IMG/VR virus record: IMGVR_UViG_3300020469_000020
Coordinates: 41,192-105,191 of that record
DNA: 64,000 bases
Reading direction: 5' to 3' (one strand)
Source: a virus
Shown: piece after piece, positions 29,221 to 38,863 of the stretch
Numbering within the stretch: position 1 is the first letter of the stretch
Layout of the letters: each line of letters opens with the position of its first letter
Notes under the pieces: generated by a model
Told to the model about the DNA's origin: nothing
Seen by the model: only the letters and a program-made list of their open reading frames with translations
Database searches by the model: none
Program-made: the position numbers and the translations under genes

Positions 29221-29258
29221 GATCAGATCATAACAGACTTGACGATAATGTCAAGTCT
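29221..29258 (-). promoter_or_regulatory. Early sigma70-type promoter cassette (TTGACA-N16-TATGAT-CTGATC)
   Basis: -35 at 29249-29254, TG-extended -10 at 29227-29232; 9-bp inverted repeat over the -35. Confidence 0.8.
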
Positions 29259-29271
29259 TTTTTTAAGATTT

Positions 29272-29664
29272 TTATAGAGTTGCGATTGCTGCTTCTACTT
29301 CTTCGAAGATTTCTTTGCCGGCCGGAATGTAGGGATTGATACCATTGTTGAAGCAGATGTAATCCGCATTCTCAGGGCTCTCATCGTAGCCCTGTGCTTG
29401 GAGCATCCAACGGATTGCGGTGGTTCGGTTGGCAGCACCTTGCCGAAGGAAGGTTGTGATTTCATCGTTGAAGAGAGTGATGCACTTGGCATCAATCATC
29501 TTCTCATGCTCAACAGCCTCATCAACTAGCGGTTGCAGGCGATCGATCTCTGCGAGAAGTTCTGTCTCGGTTTGGGAGTTGAACTGGGCGAGTGAGGGAC
29601 GAAAGCCTGCAATTTCTTTGTTCATATCGCTGATGATTTGTAGAAGGTCATCTCGCTTGTTCAT
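29272..29664 (-). CDS. Hypothetical early protein
   Basis: MNKRDDLLQ...; visibly higher GC; behind a promoter cassette. Confidence 0.7.
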   Translation of the reverse strand: MNKRDDLLQIISDMNKEIAGFRPSLAQFNSQTETELLAEIDRLQPLVDEAVEHEKMIDAKCITLFNDEITTFLRQGAANRTTAIRWMLQAQGYDESPENADYICFNNGINPYIPAGKEIFEEVEAAIATL

Positions 29665-29686
29665 AGTCAGTCTCACTGAGGTTGCT

Positions 29687-29741
29687 GTTGCTGTCTCAAT
29701 CACTATGATCAGATCTTAGCACATCTGAAGAAAAAGTCAAG
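29687..29741 (-). promoter_or_regulatory. Early promoter cassette; 55 bp identical to 29927-29981
   Basis: TTGACT-N16-TAAGAT-CTGATC; exact direct repeat 240 bp away. Confidence 0.85.
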
Positions 29742-29748
29742 CACTTTT

Positions 29749-29910
29749 TTAAATATTTTTTGGCTTGAAGGTCACTTCTGAGAATCGTCCTGTGCTTTCC
29801 CATAAAGCTGAGATATTTCTTGCTGCAACGATTCCTTTGACTTCTGTCACATCAAGCAATTGTCTGTTTGCGTAGCCGTAGATTGTGAACTTCTTGTTTC
29901 TTGCTGTCAT
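29749..29910 (-). CDS. Small hypothetical early protein
   Basis: MTARNKKFTIYG...; bracketed by the two 55-bp repeats. Confidence 0.6.
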   Translation of the reverse strand: MTARNKKFTIYGYANRQLLDVTEVKGIVAARNISALWESTGRFSEVTFKPKNI

Positions 29911-29926
29911 GCTGAATCTCGTTGGA

Positions 29927-29981
29927 GTTGCTGTCTCAATCACTATGATCAGATCTTAGCACATCTGAAGAAAAAGTCAAG
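29927..29981 (-). promoter_or_regulatory. Early promoter cassette (second copy of the 55-bp repeat)
   Basis: Identical to 29687-29741. Confidence 0.85.
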
Positions 29982-29989
29982 GGATTTTT

Positions 29990-30229
29990 TTAATTTGTTC
30001 CTAAAGCACTAAGTTCGTTCTCAAGTGCCTCAAGGTCATTTAAGTCATCACCACTCATTGCCATTCTTTCAAGAATTTTTTCAACTTTATCTTGATCAAC
30101 ATTTGTGTGTTTGTCAGCCAATTCAAAGGCTCTTTCTTCTACTTTCTTTTTCATTTCTGTTGTCAACGGCTTGTTTCCTTCGTTAACTATGCGGTGTACA
30201 TCTTGAACAAGTTTTTTACTGATTTCCAT
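29990..30229 (-). CDS. Hypothetical protein, possibly late
   Basis: 79 aa, AAGGA RBS, GATAAATA at 30268-30275. Confidence 0.6.
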   Translation of the reverse strand: MEISKKLVQDVHRIVNEGNKPLTTEMKKKVEERAFELADKHTNVDQDKVEKILERMAMSGDDLNDLEALENELSALGTN

Positions 30230-30266
30230 TAGTTTTTCCTTATAAGTGTAAATAAATAATTACACT

Positions 30267-30428
30267 TTATTTATCTATTTCTTTTAGTTTCCCAAGAAGC
30301 ATCAAGACCATTGTTTGAAACTGCTCGGATATTTCTTTCTCCTTGACCAACTTCTCTTGCATTTCTTCCATTGCGTCTTTCCATCCTGCGGTATAGACTT
30401 TATCGTAATCAAAATTTTGCTTTGCCAT
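30267..30428 (-). CDS. Small hypothetical protein, 53 aa (missing from the ORF track)
   Basis: MAKQNFDYDKVYTAGWKDAMEEMQEKL...; CGAGATT upstream, as in neighbouring early genes. Confidence 0.55.
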   Translation of the reverse strand: MAKQNFDYDKVYTAGWKDAMEEMQEKLVKEKEISEQFQTMVLMLLGKLKEIDK

Positions 30429-30455
30429 GATTAATCTCGGTTAGAGTAAAGTTTT

Positions 30456-30731
30456 TCAACAATCTGGATCAAAATCATGCCATTCTTGAAGTTCAGATGG
30501 TTGTCCATCATCTTCATCATCATTTTCATCATGCCTATAACAATCTGCTTCCGTGGCAATGACAAGACCGTTTAAATTTTTGAAAAGATTATTTACTTCT
30601 TCATCGGCCCAATCATCTGCAAGATATCCTTTTAAAATACTCTGGGCTTCTTCAATCATTTCAAGGTCACCAGTATCTATTGCTCTTGTGACTAAGGGGA
30701 GGATTTCATTGACTATTGATATGGGAAGCAT
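30456..30731 (-). CDS. Acidic hypothetical early protein
   Basis: Ends DGQPSELQEWHDFDPDC, a C-terminus common in phage early proteins. Confidence 0.65.
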   Translation of the reverse strand: MLPISIVNEILPLVTRAIDTGDLEMIEEAQSILKGYLADDWADEEVNNLFKNLNGLVIATEADCYRHDENDDEDDGQPSELQEWHDFDPDC

Positions 30732-30749
30732 GAGGAATCTCTTTGGAGG

Positions 30750-30826
30750 GTTGCTGTCTCAATCACTATGATCAGATCTTACCATCTCTGACAGAAAAGT
30801 CAAGGGATATTCCGAATAAATTCGGA
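30750..30826 (-). promoter_or_regulatory. Early promoter cassette
   Basis: TTGACT(30798-30803)-N16-TAAGAT; 32 bp identical to the 29687/29927 copies; upstream palindrome TCCGAA-TAAA-TTCGGA. Confidence 0.8.
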
Positions 30827-30835
30827 TTTCCCAAA

Positions 30836-31225
30836 TCAGCAAGAACCATAGTATTCTGAATTTATTTCATTTTTTCCAAAGAGGAATTTTTTTAGGTCAT
30901 GCTCTTCATTGGTATTATGATTATATACAATCCATTTACCATCTTCATATAGATAGCTATAATCTATATGCATAGAACCGTCATTTGAAAAGTAATCTTC
31001 TCTAACATCAACATAAACATCTTCACGATATGCGGTTAATGCAGTGCTTTCAATTGTATCTTTTAATGAAGATATACCACCTAAATCTAATAATTTATCT
31101 AATTCTTTTTCTCCATAATGATTTAATAGAGTTTGACCAACTCCTTCTGGATAGCCATCATAATGACAGTAAATTGAACGTACACTATTGTTAATCATTT
31201 TACCAATGTATGACCGAGTTGACAT
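30836..31225 (-). CDS. Conserved phage hypothetical protein
   Basis: MSTRSYIG...SIYCHYDGYPEGVGQTLLNHY family signature; AGGAG RBS. Confidence 0.75.
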   Translation of the reverse strand: MSTRSYIGKMINNSVRSIYCHYDGYPEGVGQTLLNHYGEKELDKLLDLGGISSLKDTIESTALTAYREDVYVDVREDYFSNDGSMHIDYSYLYEDGKWIVYNHNTNEEHDLKKFLFGKNEINSEYYGSC

Positions 31226-31237
31226 ATAAACTCCTAA

Positions 31238-31330
31238 TTAAATAAGTGCGGCTTCTATAAAAGGAAACGTAATTAAAAAAACAGAAATACTAAAAATCCA
31301 CAAACCAAGATTTTTTAAATCATTTCTCAT
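31238..31330 (-). CDS. Small membrane peptide, 30 aa
   Basis: MRNDLKNLGLWIFSISVFLITFPFIEAALI*; fills the intergenic gap. Confidence 0.4.
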   Translation of the reverse strand: MRNDLKNLGLWIFSISVFLITFPFIEAALI

Positions 31331-31332
31331 AT

Positions 31333-31611
31333 TTACCTTTTCTCAATATAAACAGCAACATATGCCGCTTTGTCTAAAGGAATAGAACACCGATACTCAC
31401 GATTGTAACTTTCATGCATTTTTCTTGGACCTCTACCTCTTCTACGAACATGATATCTTCCAGGATTAATGCTTTTAATTTCTTCAACAAGCTCATGAAT
31501 ATCTTCTAGTTCATCCCAAGAATGACGTTCATCAACTTTAACTGATCGGTTATCGTGTAGATAATAATTAACTAGGTGGGAAACAAAAGATGCAGAAGAT
31601 TTTTCTTTCAT
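31333..31611 (-). CDS. Hypothetical early protein
   Basis: RRRGRGPR motif; promoter TTGACA-N16-TATACT at 31657-31684. Confidence 0.6.
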   Translation of the reverse strand: MKEKSSASFVSHLVNYYLHDNRSVKVDERHSWDELEDIHELVEEIKSINPGRYHVRRRGRGPRKMHESYNREYRCSIPLDKAAYVAVYIEKR

Positions 31612-31692
31612 ATTGTCTCTATTGGGTAAGAAATCAATCACTCATTCAATAAGATCAGTATATCAGATAGGAAGGAAATGTCAAGGGGAAAA

Positions 31693-31715
31693 TGCCCCAT
31701 TTTTTCTATGGGGCA
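31693..31715 (-). terminator. Probable terminator hairpin
   Basis: TGCCCCAT/ATGGGGCA stem followed by TTTT on the minus strand. Confidence 0.55.
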
Positions 31716-31721
31716 GGAATT

Positions 31722-32024
31722 TTAGAAATTGACTACATACTGAGGAGTATCATAACCACTTTGGAGGAGGTCAACTACAGCAGACAAATACATAGTTTGA
31801 TCTTCTGCATTATTTGTAGTTCCAAACCCAATTGAACTTGGGGTAACAGAAGCCGAGCTTCCTTTCACATAACCAGACTGATTCAAGGCATCATCAATGT
31901 AGTAATAAACTTCATCGGCATCATCTGGCTGCAAATCATTAACATCAATAACAGCATCACCCGTTTGTTCCCGCATATTATTCATTTGACTAACTACGGT
32001 AGTAAGTGAAGTTGACATAGCCAT
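31722..32024 (-). CDS. Hypothetical protein
   Basis: 100 aa, AAGGAG RBS. Confidence 0.65.
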   Translation of the reverse strand: MAMSTSLTTVVSQMNNMREQTGDAVIDVNDLQPDDADEVYYYIDDALNQSGYVKGSSASVTPSSIGFGTTNNAEDQTMYLSAVVDLLQSGYDTPQYVVNF

Positions 32025-32035
32025 AAATTTCTCCT

Positions 32036-32512
32036 TTATTTAAAAGAAAGTAGATTTTTGATTTCAACAAACCATCTTGTAAAATCAAACCAATCTTCCG
32101 AAGGAAGAACTTGAAGAAGAACGAATACACGATGCAAACCAGATACTCTCTCTTCTTCACCAAAAGAATCTTTAATCACAATTTCACCAAAATCATTTGA
32201 AGACTTTATTGTAGAAAATTCTTCAGAAGTGACTTTTCCATTATATGCTTTTTCAATATAAGTTGTTTCAATCTCGGTATTTTGCATAACATTAATCTTA
32301 TTTAAACCATCAAGAAATGCTGATTGAAACGCATCATATTTATTTTCAAACCATTCGCTTTCCCCAATCACAAATGTATCATTATCTATACTGTACACTA
32401 ATCTTTCAGTCCATGATGGATTAGCATACACGGGAAAAGCTATGGTTGTTGATAAAAAATTAAAGGTCATCAACAGAGGCAACACTACCTTGCGGTTGAT
32501 TAGATTTTTCAT
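32036..32512 (-). CDS. Exported protein, LPP20-like paralog
   Basis: Signal peptide, then PSW...FVIGES...AFQSAFLD pattern parallel to the upstream gene. Confidence 0.5.
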   Translation of the reverse strand: MKNLINRKVVLPLLMTFNFLSTTIAFPVYANPSWTERLVYSIDNDTFVIGESEWFENKYDAFQSAFLDGLNKINVMQNTEIETTYIEKAYNGKVTSEEFSTIKSSNDFGEIVIKDSFGEEERVSGLHRVFVLLQVLPSEDWFDFTRWFVEIKNLLSFK

Positions 32513-33059
32513 AAGAATTTTTAACCATCTTTGCTGCTGTTTTCATTGATTTTTTAGAAACACGGACTACAGCAAAAGCCGTATATCCGATTACTTCTTC
32601 ATCATCAATGTTTACTTCAACATAGGATTCATGAGGAGCAATTGTAGAAATAATAGAATTGCTCACGGTTTTAGAAACTTCTTTTGAAGCGGTGCTTTGC
32701 TTGATAGTGTTTGTGCTAGTGCTATTAGCAACAAGCATTTCAGAAAATTCAACATTCAATTGTTGAGTTACATACTCACTCAAACGGAATGACGCATCAC
32801 GGTAAGCATGTTTTTTTGCTTCACGTTCTGTATCATAAACCATTGACTGACCAACCTGAAAGATATAGTCATCTTCTTCCCAAAGACCTTTGTTTGCCCA
32901 ATCTGGTCGGTTTTCTTTTAGTTCTTGTTGATAAGCAAGTTGCTCTAATGGATTGCTTGGATCATTAGGCAAAGCAATACTACCTGAACATGATGCAACA
33001 GAAAGAGCAACAGCAGTAAGAGCAATCATGAATAGACTTCTCATTTCATACCTCATCAT
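32460..33059 (-). CDS. Lipoprotein, LPP20-like
   Basis: Lipobox VAS-C; RPDW...VGQS...EAKKHAYRDA...LSEYV pattern; promoter at 33107-33135. Confidence 0.6.
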   Translation of the reverse strand: MMRYEMRSLFMIALTAVALSVASCSGSIALPNDPSNPLEQLAYQQELKENRPDWANKGLWEEDDYIFQVGQSMVYDTEREAKKHAYRDASFRLSEYVTQQLNVEFSEMLVANSTSTNTIKQSTASKEVSKTVSNSIISTIAPHESYVEVNIDDEEVIGYTAFAVVRVSKKSMKTAAKMVKNSYEKSNQPQGSVASVDDL

Positions 33060-33124
33060 TGAGTTGAAGAATCTGACAAGACACTCTTGTCAACTAATAT
33101 AATAATAGTATAGCAGAAACAAAA

Positions 33125-33250
33125 TCAAAAGTCAAGTTTTTTATTTTTTCTACGGTCTTTTTTTGAATATTTCTTGGAATTTTCTTTTTTCTCAGCATAC
33201 CTTGAGCGCATGAGAAGAGCATAATTTTTTCCAAGTCTGACTTTCTTCAC
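33125..33250 (-). CDS. Small highly basic protein, 41 aa (missing from the ORF track)
   Basis: GTG start, AAGGAGG RBS, own promoter TTGACT-N16-TATACT (33276-33303). Confidence 0.6.
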   Translation of the reverse strand: MKKVRLGKNYALLMRSRYAEKKENSKKYSKKDRRKNKKLDF

Positions 33251-33394
33251 AGTTCCTCCTTAATTGTTAAATACCAGTATAGCAGAATTTTTGAAAAAGT
33301 CAAGGTTTTTTTTATATAAATATAAAAAAGAATTACTTATCTCTTAGATAAGGTATATTACCAATCGGAAAATCAATTAAAAAATAAAGGTTTC

Positions 33395-33703
33395 ATGGAT
33401 TTAAGAAAGATGTCAGAAGTGGTTAACAAAATTGTAAATCCTGTTGAGGAAAACAATGAAGAAGAAATCAATCAAAAGATTGATGATATTGTTAGCGAAG
33501 CCGTAGCACCAGATATGAAAGAAGTAATGAAAAAACTCACTAAAGCCGTAGAGTCTGGAGAAGAAGGTATGGCTAAAGACTTGAGAAAAATGGCTGATGA
33601 AATGTCAGATGAAGATATGAAAAAAGCATTGCACGGTCTAATGGATGCTTGCAAACTTCCGATGGCTGATAAAGAAGAAGAAATGCCAGCAGAAGAAAAA
33701 TAA
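33395..33703 (+). CDS. Acidic late protein, possible head-core protein
   Basis: TATAAATA at 33315-33322; Met/Glu-rich like the scaffold protein. Confidence 0.6.
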   Translation: MDLRKMSEVVNKIVNPVEENNEEEINQKIDDIVSEAVAPDMKEVMKKLTKAVESGEEGMAKDLRKMADEMSDEDMKKALHGLMDACKLPMADKEEEMPAEEK

Positions 33704-33708
33704 TTTTT

Positions 33709-34086
33709 TTAGGCTTTATTTGGCATAGTGAATAAAGCCTTTACATTATTCTCTGTAGGTTTTCTTGCAAAGACACACCATTGCAAAACTTCTTCATTTG
33801 GAAAGTTATTGGCATAATCTCTAAAACTTTTTCCTGTAGTATAAACATCATCTGCAATTAAAACAGGATCATTTGGATCTTTGGTACTGTATCTGTCTAG
33901 TGCTACACCCAAAGAAACTCCTCCTCTTGGTATACCTATAGCAAATCTCCAATTTCTTGGCTCATACTCCCTAATAATTTTAGCTAGTGTTTCCCATTCC
34001 TCTTTTTTGATTGCATCACATTCAATTTTCCATTTGAGAGGAAGTCCTGCGTGACTAATAAAATCACCATCTTGAAATAAATTCAT
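33709..34086 (-). CDS. Short phosphoribosyltransferase (orotate PRTase/PyrE-like)
   Basis: PRPP-binding motif VLIADDVYTTGKS; F.SHAG..L hood motif. Confidence 0.75.
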   Translation of the reverse strand: MNLFQDGDFISHAGLPLKWKIECDAIKKEEWETLAKIIREYEPRNWRFAIGIPRGGVSLGVALDRYSTKDPNDPVLIADDVYTTGKSFRDYANNFPNEEVLQWCVFARKPTENNVKALFTMPNKA

Positions 34087-34095
34087 AATTACTCT

Positions 34096-34410
34096 CTATT
34101 GGTATTCATAAGTTTCTTGTGAATGTCTGAGTAGATTGCTTATTCTGTAATTCATCTCTAGAAATTTCATTCTACACTGAAAAAACAATCCACAAAATAA
34201 AACACAATTACTTTGATTATACTGGTCTTCTTTATCAATCTGCATACATGCAAATTGCAACTCGGAGTGATTGTATTCAGCTACAATATCTCTAACCATT
34301 GCTTGCATTTCTACAGAATCTGGCCGAGGAACCGGAGTTTCTGCTGTTTCTCCGAATAATGGAATAGCAATTACACTTGCGAATAATAATATTAATAATA
34401 ATTTTTTCAT
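34096..34410 (-). CDS. Hypothetical exported protein
   Basis: Signal peptide, four Cys. Confidence 0.55.
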   Translation of the reverse strand: MKKLLLILLFASVIAIPLFGETAETPVPRPDSVEMQAMVRDIVAEYNHSELQFACMQIDKEDQYNQSNCVLFCGLFFQCRMKFLEMNYRISNLLRHSQETYEYQ

Positions 34411-34411
34411 G

Positions 34412-35467
34412 TTACATTATGTATATTTTTCCCTTTGCTGCTTCAAACATGTCTTCAACATTTTTTATACCATTTGAAATCATCAGTTTCATATAGTCTT
34501 CTGCTTGTTGCGCAACATAATCATCAGACAACGCAAGGCTATAGTTTAAAAATTTTATCTTCCTTGGTAAATTATCTACAAAATTAAAAGGAAGTTTTCT
34601 TGGTTCATCTTCTTCATCCCAAACATTTTTACTATTTTCAGCATACCATACAAATGCTACAAATAAGTCATACAAAAATTCATAATATCTCTCTAATTTT
34701 ACAACTGCTTTTGTTCTTTTGGATTCACCTTTTGCATGTTGCATAGTTTTTCTTGCTGAATTAAAATTTCCAAATAATTTAAAAAATTCATACAATCCTT
34801 CATTTGGAAACTTATCTTTCATAATATTTCTCAGACTATTATAATATTTGTTCTGTACTGCTGCAAATTGATTTTCATTTAAATTATCATAGACATCTTC
34901 ATCTAAACTATAATTATCTCTCATAAAATTAAATATTTCTGGCTGAATAGCTTCTGTAAATTTATCAGTGAAAACTCTACCAAATCTAGTTGAACCTCTA
35001 TTTAAAGCGTGACCCATTCTATGCAAAATAATCCAAGGAGTCAATCCTACTTTTGAATCTCCGATATTTGTAGTATATACAATAGAAATAGATTTTTTAG
35101 CTTTTTCTGTTAACTTATTATTTTCTCCAATTAAATCTTTACTTTGAAGATATTCGGTCATCTTTTTATTATAATCTTCTTTAAAAGAATATTCTATAAA
35201 TTCTCCAGTTTCATGAAACTTTCTACTTCCTTGAAAATCAGCAAAGTAGATGCGAAAATCTTCTTTAAATATTTTTAAAACTTTTTCTAATTTATCTTTT
35301 GTTTTAGAATTTTTTACTAGCTTACGATCTATTTTACTAAAAGAAGATAGTGTTTCGCCTTTTTTATTAACTGCTGATTTTCCAGATTTGGTTTTTCTCT
35401 CTCCTACATCACTATCATCATAGTCTGCAAGAGGTGCTTCTGTTAAAAATTGTTGAAATGATTTCAT
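34412..35467 (-). CDS. Probable internal head protein
   Basis: MKSFQQFLTEAP leader; LTPWIILHRMGHA motif; GATAAATA at 35506-35513. Confidence 0.6.
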   Translation of the reverse strand: MKSFQQFLTEAPLADYDDSDVGERKTKSGKSAVNKKGETLSSFSKIDRKLVKNSKTKDKLEKVLKIFKEDFRIYFADFQGSRKFHETGEFIEYSFKEDYNKKMTEYLQSKDLIGENNKLTEKAKKSISIVYTTNIGDSKVGLTPWIILHRMGHALNRGSTRFGRVFTDKFTEAIQPEIFNFMRDNYSLDEDVYDNLNENQFAAVQNKYYNSLRNIMKDKFPNEGLYEFFKLFGNFNSARKTMQHAKGESKRTKAVVKLERYYEFLYDLFVAFVWYAENSKNVWDEEDEPRKLPFNFVDNLPRKIKFLNYSLALSDDYVAQQAEDYMKLMISNGIKNVEDMFEAAKGKIYIM

Positions 35468-35508
35468 TGTTAACTTAGAATATAATTAAAAAGAATTGTT
35501 TTAATTAT

Positions 35509-36648
35509 TTATCTTTCTATAATTTTTATTTTATTTGCTGCACGTTTGGCAATATCAACATTCTTAGCTAAAACAACTGCCATTCTACGATTTTTTCTTG
35601 TAGTTGGCTTTCCAAAGATTCGCACATCATCTGCAATTTCAAGAGATTCTTTTATGCCGGTTATATCAAAATTATTACTTTCTTTGTTAGCTAATACAAC
35701 ATGACTAGCACCTTCTCTAAGAAATTCAATATTTGGAATTGGTAAACCTAGTAATGCTCTAGCGTGTAAATCAAATTCACTTAAATTTTGAGTATATAAC
35801 GTAACCATTCCAGTATCATGTGGTCTTGGACTTAACTCACTAAAAATTACATCTTCACCCTTAACAAAAAATTCAACACCAAATAATCCAGCACCACCTA
35901 AATCATCAGTAATGATTTTAGCCATTTCTTTTGCTTTATCTAAACTTTGATCTTTCATTGGTTGTGGTTGCCAACTATATTGATAATCTCCGCTTTTTTG
36001 AACATGTCCAATAGGATTACAGAATAGCGTAGGCCAATCATTTTGTTGTTTAATTGTTAATAGTGTAATTTCATAATCAAAATTAACAAACTCTTCTACA
36101 ATAACTTTTTTACGGTCTCCTCTCATACCTTCTATTGCATAATTCCATGCCATTACAATACCTAAACTATTCATGCAAGAACTTTGTCCTTTACCACTTG
36201 AACTCATAACAGGTTTGACAATAACTGGATATCCAATATTTTTAGCAGCCTTTTTTAATTCTTCTAAACTTTCTGCATATTCAAATTTAGCTGTTCTTAA
36301 ACCTATTTCTTTTGCTCTGTCACGTATTCTATCTCTGTTCATAGTAAGATCTACAGCGTTTCCACTAGGAGTAACTTTTATTCCTTTTTCTTCAATATCA
36401 AGTAAAACTGATGTACGAATAGCTTCTACTTCGGGAACAATAATATCTGGTTTTACATCTTCAATAATATATTTTAACAATTCTCCATTTAACATGTCTA
36501 AATGAACTCTTTCATCTGCAACCTGCATCGCTGGAGCTTCTGAATAATTATCACAAACAGTCACACGATGACCTAATCTTTTTAAACTTATTGTTAATTC
36601 TTTACCTAGTTCTCCACCACCAAGTAATAATATTTTTTTATAATTCAA
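35509..36648 (-). CDS. purT: Formate-dependent GAR transformylase
   Basis: [40 protein letters not shown]; likely TTG start at 36648. Confidence 0.95.
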   Translation of the reverse strand: MNYKKILLLGGGELGKELTISLKRLGHRVTVCDNYSEAPAMQVADERVHLDMLNGELLKYIIEDVKPDIIVPEVEAIRTSVLLDIEEKGIKVTPSGNAVDLTMNRDRIRDRAKEIGLRTAKFEYAESLEELKKAAKNIGYPVIVKPVMSSSGKGQSSCMNSLGIVMAWNYAIEGMRGDRKKVIVEEFVNFDYEITLLTIKQQNDWPTLFCNPIGHVQKSGDYQYSWQPQPMKDQSLDKAKEMAKIITDDLGGAGLFGVEFFVKGEDVIFSELSPRPHDTGMVTLYTQNLSEFDLHARALLGLPIPNIEFLREGASHVVLANKESNNFDITGIKESLEIADDVRIFGKPTTRKNRRMAVVLAKNVDIAKRAANKIKIIER

Positions 36649-37906
36649 CTGTCTCTTCTCTTTTAGGCCCTGTTGATAATGTTCCAACTTTGCATTGTGT
36701 ATACCACTCAATTTGTTCTATGTAGTATTTCATTTGGTCTGGAACGTCTTTGTAATTGGTAATTCCCCTTGTTCTTTTTTTCCAACCTGGTATAACGTGA
36801 TAAAAGGGTTTAACATCTGATAAATTGTCAATGGGAAATTCTTCACATGGACCTCCGTCTATCCAATTATAACCGGAACATATTTTAATTTCTTCAAAAT
36901 TATCTAAAACATCTAATTTCATTAATGCCAATTCTGTAATGCCATTTAATTCAACAGCACGTTTAACTAGCACAGCATCAAACCATCCGCACCTTCTTGG
37001 TCTTCCAGTAGTTGCTCCATACTCATCTCCCATCTGTCTTAGATATTCACCTTTTTCACTTGTAATTTCAGTTGGAAAAGGACCACTTCCTACTCTAGTT
37101 GTATATGCTTTTGTTATTCCAATTACACGATTAATTTTAGTTGGTCCTATTCCACTACCTGTACATGCAGCACCCGCTAATGTATTTGAACTGGTTACGT
37201 AAGGATATGTCCCATGATCTACATCTAAAAAAGTTCCTTGTGCTCCCTCAAATAAAATATTTTTATTTTTATTAATTGTATTATTAATTACACTTGAACA
37301 ATCTATTAAGAAAGATTTGATTTCTTTATAATAACTATGATACTTTTCAACCATTTTATCAATATCAAAGTCAGACTTTTTACCTGTATAGTAAACAACA
37401 TCAGCATTTTTCTTTGGTAGTATACATTCTAATTTAGACCTTAAAATATCAGTACTTTTTAAATCACAAATTCTTAATCCAGTTCTTGCAACTTTGTCTT
37501 CATATACAGGACCAATACCTTTACAAGTTGTACCTATTTTTGTAGAATGGTTTTTTTCCTTTTCACTATCAAACAGTAAATGATAGTCAAGTATTACGTG
37601 TGCCTGTGAGCTAATTCTTAATTTATTAAATACATCATATCCAGCAGATTCTAGATCTTTTATTTCTTTCATTAAACTTGATAGTTCAATGACTGTTCCG
37701 TTTCCTAAAATACATTCTTTACCTTGTAAAATACCACTTGGAACTAGATGTAGAACAACTTTTTTGTCTTCATACATAACAGTGTGACCTGCATTATTTC
37801 CACCTTGATATCTTACAACTAAATCAGATTCTTGAGTTAATAAATCAACAATCTTACCTTTACCTTCATCACCCCACTGAGTTCCAACAACAACTGTGCA
37901 TGACAT
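36638..37906 (-). CDS. purA: Adenylosuccinate synthetase
   Basis: [36 protein letters not shown]. Confidence 0.98.
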   Translation of the reverse strand: MSCTVVVGTQWGDEGKGKIVDLLTQESDLVVRYQGGNNAGHTVMYEDKKVVLHLVPSGILQGKECILGNGTVIELSSLMKEIKDLESAGYDVFNKLRISSQAHVILDYHLLFDSEKEKNHSTKIGTTCKGIGPVYEDKVARTGLRICDLKSTDILRSKLECILPKKNADVVYYTGKKSDFDIDKMVEKYHSYYKEIKSFLIDCSSVINNTINKNKNILFEGAQGTFLDVDHGTYPYVTSSNTLAGAACTGSGIGPTKINRVIGITKAYTTRVGSGPFPTEITSEKGEYLRQMGDEYGATTGRPRRCGWFDAVLVKRAVELNGITELALMKLDVLDNFEEIKICSGYNWIDGGPCEEFPIDNLSDVKPFYHVIPGWKKRTRGITNYKDVPDQMKYYIEQIEWYTQCKVGTLSTGPKREETVEL

Positions 37907-37914
37907 AATAACCT

Positions 37915-38229
37915 TTATGTAATTTTATATCCGTATGTTTTAACAAATATGTCAAATGGTTTTATATTTTTATATTTTTCTTGATATAAAAGATGAAAAG
38001 CTGAACTAATTATTTTTGGAGGATATTTACGAATTGAAAAACCAGAACCTTCACTACCTAAAGATTTTTCAATTAAGTCTTTATAGATACAATCTACACT
38101 ACTATCTATCATACTTTTTAAATCTACACATATCTTATCATATTCATAATCTTCTATAATAGATTCATCTAATTTATAATATAGAAAACTATGAACCAAA
38201 AACTGACGTATTTTTCTATCAAGTTCCAT
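37915..38229 (-). CDS. Stand-alone NAD-dependent DNA ligase subdomain Ia-like protein
   Basis: [19 protein letters not shown] resembles the LigA N-terminal YY...ISDxEYD motif. Confidence 0.6.
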   Translation of the reverse strand: MELDRKIRQFLVHSFLYYKLDESIIEDYEYDKICVDLKSMIDSSVDCIYKDLIEKSLGSEGSGFSIRKYPPKIISSAFHLLYQEKYKNIKPFDIFVKTYGYKIT

Positions 38230-38863
38230 TGTTTTTTAATTCCCTAATAATATTAACATAATTATTATGTTTGAAAACACTACTTCCAACAACAGCAACA
38301 TCAGCGCCAGCTTTAGAAATTTCTTTTATATTAATTAAATTGATGCCCCCATCTACAACTATTTTTATATCTTTATCTCCTATAATCTCTCTTACATTTT
38401 TAATTTTTTTTACTTGATCTGATATAAAAGCTTGACCTCCGAAACCGGGATTCACAGTCATAATTAAAACAATATCAATATCATTAATAACGTATTTTAA
38501 AACACTTTCATTTGTACCAGGATTTAAACTAACACCAGCTTTTCTTCCAAAATTTTTGATACTTTGAATACCTTTATGTAAATGATTACCTGCTTCTGCA
38601 TGAATTGTAATATGATTAGCACCTGCTTCTACAAAAGATTCTATGTAATTTTCATATGGTTCAATCATTAGATGAACATCAAAAGGTTTAATAGTAAAAC
38701 TTCTTATTGATTTCATAACATCAGGACCAAAGGATATATTTGGTACATAATGCCCATCCATAATATCTACATGAATCCAATCGGCACCTGCTTCATCTAC
38801 ATCTTTTACTTCTTGTCCTAATTTACTAAAATCTGCTGCTAAAATACTTGGCGCAATTAACAT
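38219..38863 (-). CDS. rpe: Ribulose-phosphate 3-epimerase
   Basis: [43 protein letters not shown]. Confidence 0.97.
   Translation of the reverse strand: MLIAPSILAADFSKLGQEVKDVDEAGADWIHVDIMDGHYVPNISFGPDVMKSIRSFTIKPFDVHLMIEPYENYIESFVEAGANHITIHAEAGNHLHKGIQSIKNFGRKAGVSLNPGTNESVLKYVINDIDIVLIMTVNPGFGGQAFISDQVKKIKNVREIIGDKDIKIVVDGGINLINIKEISKAGADVAVVGSSVFKHNNYVNIIRELKNNGT

Noticed and set aside
29664-29943. Shared N-terminal peptide MIETAT from GTG starts (leaderless translation)
   Set aside because: It derives from the promoter repeat; the equivalent GTG is out of frame at 30766 and hits a stop at the 57928 copy, so downstream ATGs are preferred, though it is not fully excluded
29687-30781. Repeats as a CRISPR array
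   Set aside because: Copies are 240 to 800+ bp apart, separated by genes, and contain -35/-10 boxes; the Cas4-like nuclease at 59.3 kb is a common stand-alone phage exonuclease
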